Shown here in pieces: positions 56,661 to 64,000 of a stretch of DNA of 64,000 nt; within the stretch, counting starts at the first letter, position 1; each line of letters starts with the position of its first letter. A model generated the notes under the pieces. It searched no databases and had not been told where the DNA came from. It saw nothing but the letters and a program-made list of their open reading frames with translations. The position numbers were made by a program, and so were the translations under genes. Source of the stretch: Malacoraja senta (taxonomy: Eukaryota); NCBI GenBank assembly GCA_038087875.1, contig JAXLNO010005613.1:1-64000 (forward strand). The letters are read 5' to 3'.

Positions 56661-59435
56661 AACCCCTGTCTCACGGTGCGAGTTCACCCACGAGTGATCC
56701 CGAGTTAAAAACAAATCAAACTCGTGGTAATCACGTAGAATTAACGTAGCGGGAACTCGTGGACGTAACTTAGCGACTCGTAACACTAACAGCAGGTACT
56801 CGGGAAACTTGTTAACTCGTGAAAAATTTTCAACATGTTGAAAGATTTCCACGAGTCAAATTTACTCTTGAAGGAAAAATGTGAAACTTTTAAACTCATT
56901 GTAATACCGTAGTAGCCCGTCAGTTTACCGTAGTGACTCGTGAGTAACTCGTGGGTTTGGCCTGAGTGCCAGAAGTGAAATGTTGAAGATTAGTCAGATC
57001 TTAATGGAAAATTTTACAGTGATCTAACAATTCACTGTTAAGGAGCAAAAAGCACTCACCGGGGATCTGAGAAACAGTGGCAAAAAGAATGAACCATGCA
57101 GTGTTGGGAAAGCCGCATTGCGAGAGTTAATTAGTTCCCTTCAGAACTTTAACTTTTCACATTGAAACGGTGCCATGAATCCTTGTTAGGTTTATGCACT
57201 TTTTATGGAGAAGCAGATATATGGGACAGGTGTCCCATCTCAGGATTTATATCCGACAAATTAACATCAGTTATTGAAGGCTGATGCATTTATACAGGAG
57301 ATTTTCTCAGGCATCACTTTCCACCCAGTCTGTCCGCGTTAGAGAGCAATTGGTCAAAACAATGTTGTTAATGGGATGTTTTATTTTATAATTTTATAAA
57401 TGGGAATTTTATAAATGTTATAAATTATAAATGGGAAGGAACTCCAGATGCAGGTTTAATCCGAAGAAGGGTCTCGACCCGAAACATCACCTATTCCTTC
57501 TCTCCAGAGATGGCGTCTGTCCCGCTGAGTTACTCAAGCTTCTTGATAAATGAATCGTTGGAAGCTCGTTCGTGGCATGTTGCTATTCAGAGTTTTAAGT
57601 GTATTTGTACTAACCCGTGCAATATGCTTGCCAAAGATAGGGGGCGTTCAGTGGGGAAGTTCACAAAATAAGTTCACAAGTTCAAGAAGGAACTGCAGAT
57701 GCTGGAAAATCTAAGGTAGACAAAAGTGTTGGAGAAACTCAGCGGGTGCGGCAGCATCTATGGAGCGAAGGAAATAGGCAACGTTTCGGGCTGAAACCCT
57801 TCTTCAGTCTGAAGAAGGGTTTCGGCCCAAAATGTTGCCCATTTCCTTCATTCCATAGATGCTGCCGCACCCACAAATAAGTTCACAAGCTGCATTGGTA
57901 ATTAAGACCAGAGTTATTTTTGTGTGTTATGAAAAATAAATTAATATCAGGTTCTTTACATCACAAGTATTCTCCTAAAAAGTTACCCACAACTTTACAT
58001 TGTAAATGGGTTGGTTTCAGTCCAGCAAAAACACATAACATAAGTCCTTAATGACATTTCTTAGAAACACAGCGAGAGATTGTGAGATGTAGATGGGATA
58101 TGACTCCAATTTTTAACTAACTCCTGTGTTCGTGTATTCATATTTTTCCAATAAATTATGGTATCTACACCGGATGATAGATAGTCTATCGTACAATATA
58201 GGGAAACATTCTCATATTTACAATTAAGGGCCAATTGTATTCGGGTTTTTAATAAAAACTCTGTTCACCTGAGTTTAAATTGAAACTTGGGCCAGGCGCT
58301 GGGAAACTCTGGGACACCATTGCTGAAGAGAACATCTGAGCTTTGTCTTTCATTCAAAGGTTCACGGGCGGGCTGGGTTGACTGTTGGGCTCTGAAAACT
58401 GTTTCCCAGGGCTGGGGTGAGTGTGAAAGGGGTGGTTTCTGGGCAGATCTGCCCAATCAACAATGTTTTGAGCTGCTGCTTTTTATACAGTTTAAGTCGC
58501 AACGGTGGGACGGCTGCTCTGACGGACATACTGGGTGAGTAGAGAGACACACACTGCTATCCCTCTGGTCTACGGACCTTGCTGTCGGGGGAAAAAATAG
58601 CCTTAATGTTCAATTTACCTAATCTTTTTGTTAGAAGTTTACCAATGTTTTGATGAGAGATAAATTAAGGGAATAAAACAATCTTACTAGACACAAAAAT
58701 CCGGAGTAATTCAGCCAAGCCGGCAGCATCTCTGGAGAGAAGGGTCGAAACGTTTTTTCAGTCTGAAGAAGGGACTCGACCAGAAACGTCACCCATTCCT
58801 TCTCTCCAGAAATGCTGCATGTCCCGCTGAGTTACTCCAGCATTTTGTGTCTATCTTCGGTGTAAACCAGCATTTGCAGTTCCTCCCGACACAAAACAGC
58901 CTATGCCTTTCAATGATTGATGCCAGACCTTGAACAAATGCTGTTCAAATGGACTTTTGAATGCAATTTTGGAAGGATTGTTTCTTGAAACAAACTGCTC
59001 TAAAAGTTTGAAGGAAGGAATTGCAGATACTAGTTTAAACCAAAAATAGACACAAAATGATGGACTAACTCAGCTGGTCAGGCAGCATCTCTGGAGAAAA
59101 GAAATAGGTGAAGTTTCCGGTCGAGATCGTTCTTCAGGCTGTGTCTATTTATAGTGGAAAAAAAACTACATGACATCATTTTTACCATGTGATGATTTTT
59201 CCACACGTCGGTAGTCGTTGTTGGCTCAAGAGTAACTCGGGAGAGGAGCTTGGTAACTCGGGAGAGGAACTTGGTACATCGCAGAAATGAGAAGTAAACG
59301 GCAAACTTAGACATACACGTGGGAACTCGTTTAAACTCGTGAACATAAACTTGGAATCTCGTAGACAACCACGAGTTTGATTTTTTCTCTCACTCGGGAT
59401 CACTCGTGGGTGGACTCGCACCGTGAGACAGGGTA
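56661..59435. mobile_element. Non-autonomous PIF/Harbinger-like DNA transposon (about 2.8 kb) with nested Penelope-derived repeats
   Basis: Terminal inverted repeats ccctgtctcacggtgcgagt(t/c)cacccacgagtgatcccgagt, imperfect to about 65 bp. TTA on both sides if the right TIR has lost 1 nt. No transposase ORF. Confidence 0.75.
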
Positions 59436-59763
59436 TTAGTGTTATTGTATTTGTATAAGTGTTGTGGAGAATGTATTGTGTTCGATTATTAGAAATTAGA
59501 GAGTGCGCATAATTTCAAGGGTCAAACTCTGTATAAATGCTGAGTGGAATTTCAGAGCAGCAGGTAACTGGGACTGTGCTGCTCTCTTTGTGCACATGTC
59601 AATAAAGTGAGTCTGGAAAATGAATGCAAGTTGTCAGAGTCCAGTTGATCGGTGACGACAACACCAGACCTTGTCTGGTTTGCAAGTTGTCAGAGTCCAG
59701 TTGATCGGTGACGACAACACCAGACCTTGTCTGGTTTGTAAGCTTCCTATTTCTCATCTGCAG

Positions 59764-60066
59764 AATTGTCTGTCTTTATCCAAAACCCCTCCACTGAAGA
59801 GATTTGGATCAACAAGACCGCTACTGTGGTGTGCGTGGTAATGGGTGCTGATCTGAGCCAGGTCCAAATCTACTGGCAAGTGAGCGGAAGTGAGAGAACT
59901 GCAGGGGCTATGACGCGCCAACTGAGAGGGGAAAAGACCCAAGCCAGACTGAGCAGTAAACTCCGGAGCAGTGTGGAGGAATGGACCAGTGGGTTGGAGG
60001 TTGTGTGCTCTGCCCAACGATCTCCATCATCCTCACCAGTGTCAGCACGGACAGAAAGTGCCAAAG
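59764..60066 (+). CDS. IgH constant exon CH3' (IgW CH3 / IgNAR C2 homolog), intact
   Basis: catctgcag|...aaag|gtgggc, 303 nt, phase 1. ELSVFIQNPSTEEIWINKTATVVC...IYWQVSG...LRSSVEEWTSGLEVVCSAQ. Confidence 0.92.
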
Positions 60067-60112
60067 GTGGGCGAGAGATCGGCAATGATACGGCCAACGT
60101 TAGTTACCATGA

Positions 60113-60450
60113 AGGGCCTGTCCCACTTACGCGACTTTTTTGGTGACTGCCGGCACCCGTCATAGGTCACTGTAGGTCGGCAAAAATTTTCAACATGTTG
60201 AAAATCCAGCGGCGACCAGAAAGACGCTACGATTCTTTATGCGACTGAGGAGACTCACGACCATACAGGCGACACCTTGGCGACATGTCGTGGGGTGAAG
60301 CCTGCATGGTCATGAGTAGTCGCCCAAAGAGTCGTACCTTGTTCTGGTCACCGCTGGATTTTCAACATTTTTAAAATTTTCGCCAACCTGCAACGACATA
60401 TGATGGGTGCCGGCAGTCGCCGAAAAAGTCGCATAAATGTGACAGGATCT
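60113..60450. mobile_element. Palindromic Harbinger-type MITE (338 bp) in the CH3'-CH4' intron
   Basis: TIR agggcctgtcccac with inverted arms of about 130 bp; 3-bp TSD TGA. Confidence 0.85.
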
Positions 60451-60492
60451 TGAGGAAGAGGGTCTCACATCTACTTTGCTCCTCTGTTCCAG

Positions 60493-60810
60493 TTGAAACA
60501 AAAAGACCCAAGGTCAGACTGCTGCCTCCAGGTCACCAAGAGACCAAGCGTAGCCACACAGCCACCCTCGAGTGTGTGCTCTCTGGTTTCTACCCGGACC
60601 TCATAAACGTCACTTGGGAGAAAGACGGAGCCCCGATCTCCTCCACCACCAGCGCTACACCGACTGCTCTGGAGCAGGGGGGGACTTTCAGTGCCAGCCA
60701 CTTCCTGACTGCGAGTTCAGAGGATTGGAAGAAAGGCTCAGTCTTCGGCTGTACAGTGTCTCATCCCCCCTCGAACACCAGTATCCGTCGGGAAGTGAAA
60801 AGCTTTCAAG
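60493..60810 (+). CDS. IgH constant exon CH4' (IgW CH4 / IgNAR C3 homolog), intact
   Basis: ctctgttccag|...caag|gtacgg, 318 nt. VETKRPKVRLLPP...ATLECVLSGFYPDLINVTWEKDG...EDWKKGSVFGCTVSHPPS. Confidence 0.93.
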
Positions 60811-60944
60811 GTACGGTGCTGGGATTCACTCTAATCATCACATCTTTTACCCCATCACAAAATAGGGCCAGGCAAGTTTAGCACTGAAGGACAGGTGTTG
60901 TAGTGTGTGAGTGAGGGAGTGATAACCAAGAGGCCTGGACTAGT

Positions 60945-61705
60945 GTCAAGAAGAGTCAAGAGTGTTTTATTGTCATATGTCCTGGATGGGACAAGGAAAT
61001 TCTTACTTGCTGCAGGACAACAGAATATATGAATATGTAAACATAGTGCATAACGGGGGAAGAGAAAAAAAGAAAAAGATCAATAAATAACAAATAGTGC
61101 AAATAACAAATAATAATATAGTATTTAGCCAAATGGCCTGATGATTAAAACTGTTCTTAAGTCTGGTGGTACTTGCAGCCATGCTCCTGTATCGTCTGCC
61201 TGTCGGTAACAAGGAGAACAGTCTGTGTGCTGGGTGGCTGTGGTCCATGATGATGCTGTGTGCCTTCCACAGGCACCGCCGGTGGAAAATGTCCTGAATG
61301 GCCAGGAGACAGTTGCCAGTGATGTGTCTGTGCTGCCTTCACCACTCTGTAGTGATTTGCGTCTGTGGGCAGAACAGTTCCCGTACCAGACTGTGATGCA
61401 GCCCGTCAGCAGGCTCTCGATGGTGCATCTGTAGAGGTTTGTGAGGATGCTGGCGTTCATGTCAATCTTCCTCAGTCTTCTCAGGAAAAAGAGCCACTGG
61501 CGGGCTTTCTTTGTTATTGTGTCCGTGTGCAGTGTCCAGGAGAGGTCCTCATTGATGTGTACACTGAGGAACTTGAAGCTGCTGACCCTTTCAACCTCAG
61601 CATCACCGATATGGATGGGGAGGTGTCCACTCCCCTGCTGTCTCCTGTAGTCCACGATCATCTCTTTAGTTTTGCAGACATTGAGAGAGAGGTTGTTCCT
61701 TGTGC
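60945..61705 (-). mobile_element. Decayed Rex1-like LINE fragment separating the two CH3-CH4 pairs
   Basis: CTRNNLSLNVCKTKEMIVDYRR...ARQWLFFLRRLRK; cttgactcttcttgac-type tail. Confidence 0.85.
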
Positions 61706-61819
61706 ACACGTCAATAAAGTGAGTCTGGAAAATGAATGCAAGTTGTCAGAGTGCAGTTGATCGGTGACGACAACACCAGACCTTGGCTGGTTTGTAAGCT
61801 TCCTATTTCTCATCTGCAG

Positions 61820-62122
61820 AATTGTCTGTCTTTATCCAAAACCCCTCCACTGAAGAGATTTGGATCAACAAGACCGCTACTGTGGTGTGCGTGGTAATGG
61901 GTGCTGATCTAAGCCAGGTCCAAATCTACTGGCAAGTGAGCGGAAGGGAGAGAACAACAGGGGCTGTGACCCACCAACCGAGAGGGGAAAAGACCCAAGA
62001 CAGAGTGAGCAGTAAACTCCGGAGCAGTGTGGAGGAATGGACCAGCGGGGTGGAGGTTGTGTGCTCTGCCCAACGATCTCCATCATCCTCACCAGTGTCA
62101 GCACGGACAGAAAGTGCCAAAG
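61820..62122 (+). CDS. IgH constant exon CH3'' (duplicate of CH3'), intact
   Basis: Same splice sites, offset 2056 bp; 12 nt differences from CH3'. Confidence 0.92.
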
Positions 62123-62168
62123 GTGGGCGAGAGATCGGCAATGATACGGCCAACATTAGTTACCATGA

Positions 62169-62506
62169 AGTGCCTGTCCCACTTGCACGACTTTTTCAGC
62201 GACTGCCGGCACCCGTCATAGGTCACTGTAGGTCGGCGAAAATATTCAACATGTTGAAAATCCAGCGGCGACCAGAGAGACGCTACGATTCTTTGTGCGA
62301 CTGAGGAGACTCACGACCATACAGGCGACACCTTGGCGACATGTCGCGGGGTAAAGCCTGCATGGTCGTGAGTAGTCGCCCAAAGAGTCGTACCTTGTTC
62401 TGGTCGCCGCTAGATTTTCAACATGTTGGAAATTTTCGGCGACCTGTAACGACATATGATGGGTGCCGGCAGTCGCCGAAAAAGTCGCGTATGTGGGACA
62501 GGCCCT
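62169..62506. mobile_element. Palindromic Harbinger-type MITE, duplicate copy
   Basis: tga|agtgcctgtcccac...gtgggacaggccct|tga. Confidence 0.85.
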
Positions 62507-62548
62507 TGAGGAAGAGGGACTCACGTCTACTTTGCTCCTCTATTCCAG

Positions 62549-62866
62549 TTGAAACAAAAAGACCCAAGGTCAGACTGCTGCCTCCAGGTCACCAAGAGAC
62601 CAAGCGTAGCCACACAGCCACCCTCGAGTGTGTGCTCTCTGGTTTCTACCCGGACCTCATAAACGTCACTTGGGAGAAAGACGGAGCCCCGATCTCCTCC
62701 ACCACCAGCGCTACACCGACTGCTCTGGAGCAGGGGGGGACTTTCAGTGCCAGCCACTTCCTGACTGTGAGTTCAGAGGATTGGAAGAAAGGCTCAGTCT
62801 TCGGCTGTACAGTGTCTCATCCCCCCTCGAACACCAGTATCAGCCGAGAAGTGAAAAGCTTTCAAG
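62549..62866 (+). CDS. IgH constant exon CH4'' (duplicate of CH4'), intact
   Basis: Same splice sites, offset 2056 bp; 4 nt differences from CH4'. Confidence 0.93.
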
Positions 62867-62999
62867 GTACGGTGCTGGGATTCACTCTAATCATCACATC
62901 TTTTACCCCGTCACAAAATAGGGCCAGGCAAGTTTAGCACTGAAGGACAGGTGTTGTAGTGTGTGAGTGAGTGAGTGATAACCAAGAGGCCTGGACTAG

Positions 63000-63495
63000 A
63001 GTCAAGAAGTCAAGAGTGTTTTATTGTCCAATGTCCCGGACGGGACAAGGAATTTCTTACTTGCTGCAGGACAACAGAATATGTGAATATGTAAACATAG
63101 TGCATAACGGGGGAAGAGAAAAAAAGAAAAAGTTCAACAAATAACAAATAGTGCAAATAACAAACAATAATATAACCTTTTGCGGTTCAGAGCTCAGAGC
63201 TTATTCGTTGTGTTTAATAGCCTGATGGCTGTAGGGAAGAAGCTGTTCCTGTACCTGGACGTTACAGTTTTCAGGCTCCTGTAACTTTTTCCTGATGGCA
63301 ATGGTGAGATGAGTGTGTGGCCAGGATGGTGTGGGTCCTTGATGATTTTGGCTGCCTTTTTGAGGCAGCGACTATGATAGATCCCTTCGACGGTGGGGAG
63401 GTCAAAGCCGGTGATGAACTGGGCAATGGTCACAACTTTTTGTAGTCTTTTTCACTCCTGGACGTTGAAGTTGCTGAACCAGGCCACAATGCAAC
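63000..63495 (-). mobile_element. Decayed Rex1-like LINE 3' fragment
   Basis: SRCLKKAAKIIKDPHHPGHTLISPLPSGKSYRSLKTVTSRYRNSFFP. Confidence 0.82.
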
Positions 63496-64000
63496 CAGGA
63501 CTAGGGCACAATGCTAAATATTTCTGTGCTTTCACAACTTCAGTTTATTCCAAAACTCCTCAGTAGCCAGGACACTGAGAAGACCAAGCCTGCTGTTCTT
63601 CAAAATTAGTGTCACAGGGTCAGTCCACTTATTGTTGTCGGCCCTCTGTGTGTGGCATCTCAGACTAGTTGTCTTGCTGCTAATTTGAAGAGTGGGGTCG
63701 AGTATTTGCACTTGTACAATTGTTTGTCGACACTGGAAAAGAGGTCCATCAGAAAGTCCATTGTGCGGATGGAGCTGGGTACAAGCGTGTTGGCATTGGA
63801 GTGATCATGGAGTCGTAGATTTATACAGGATGTTAACAGGCCCTTCGGTTCAGCTTGCCTTTGCCAACCAAGGTGCCCGATCTACACTAGTCCCATCTCC
63901 CCGTGTTTGGCCCAAATCACTGATCATCTCATGTTCATGTGATAGGAGCAGAATTAGGCCATTCAGCCCATCAAGTCTGCCATTCAATCATGGCTGATCT

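Larger units (their letters stand above)
59590..63177 (+). repeat. Tandem duplication of the CH3-MITE-CH4-Rex1-tail cassette (about 59590-61120 and 61701-63177)
   Basis: Both exon pairs and both MITEs are offset by exactly 2056 bp; flanking intron sequence aligns. Confidence 0.95.

Noticed and set aside
59532-59612. TATA box plus donors (cag|gtaact, aaa|gtgagt) as a sterile-transcript exon before CH3'
   Set aside because: The TATA-to-donor distance leaves almost no exon, and the first donor is not duplicated before CH3''. There is no supporting evidence.
59627-59738. CRISPR-like repeat
   Set aside because: Two abutting copies with no spacers, in a vertebrate intron. No CRISPR array or cas gene exists in the window.
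59766-62937. Track ORF extensions past the exon ends (for example GGREIGNDTAN..., GTVLGFTLIITSF...) as real C-termini
   Set aside because: These are read-through into introns past consensus GT donors conserved among paralogues. Intron retention cannot be excluded but nothing supports it.
54897-64000. Ig transmembrane exon
   Set aside because: No hydrophobic CART-type motif (T/S-F...LF.LS..Y...VT) found by eye; TM exons probably lie beyond the window.

Overview
Eukaryotic DNA from a cartilaginous fish; a skate or ray is plausible from the repeat families but unverified. The window has two parts. (1) About 239-48931 is a complete five-unit tandem array (core unit about 7.1-7.4 kb) built almost wholly from decayed retroelement pieces: CR1, L2, a tRNA-derived SINE and Penelope. 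Individual units carry private young insertions: a full-length L1-clade LINE, a second L1 with an intact 1266-aa ORF2, a Rex1/Babar-type LINE, two CR1s and an RTE fragment. (2) About 49200-62900 holds immunoglobulin heavy-chain constant exons on the + strand. They are homologous to IgNAR C2-C5, equivalent to IgW CH3-CH6; I favour IgW from the tailpiece. The order is a 5'-truncated CH3, a frameshifted CH4, CH5, and CH6 with secretory tail and polyA signal. Then, with no V, D, J, CH1, CH2 or TM exon in between, come two more intact CH3-CH4 pairs duplicated at a 2056-bp period. Most short ORFs in the track are antisense or off-frame reads of repeats. All coordinates and difference counts were read by eye and may be off by a few bases; no database search was run.
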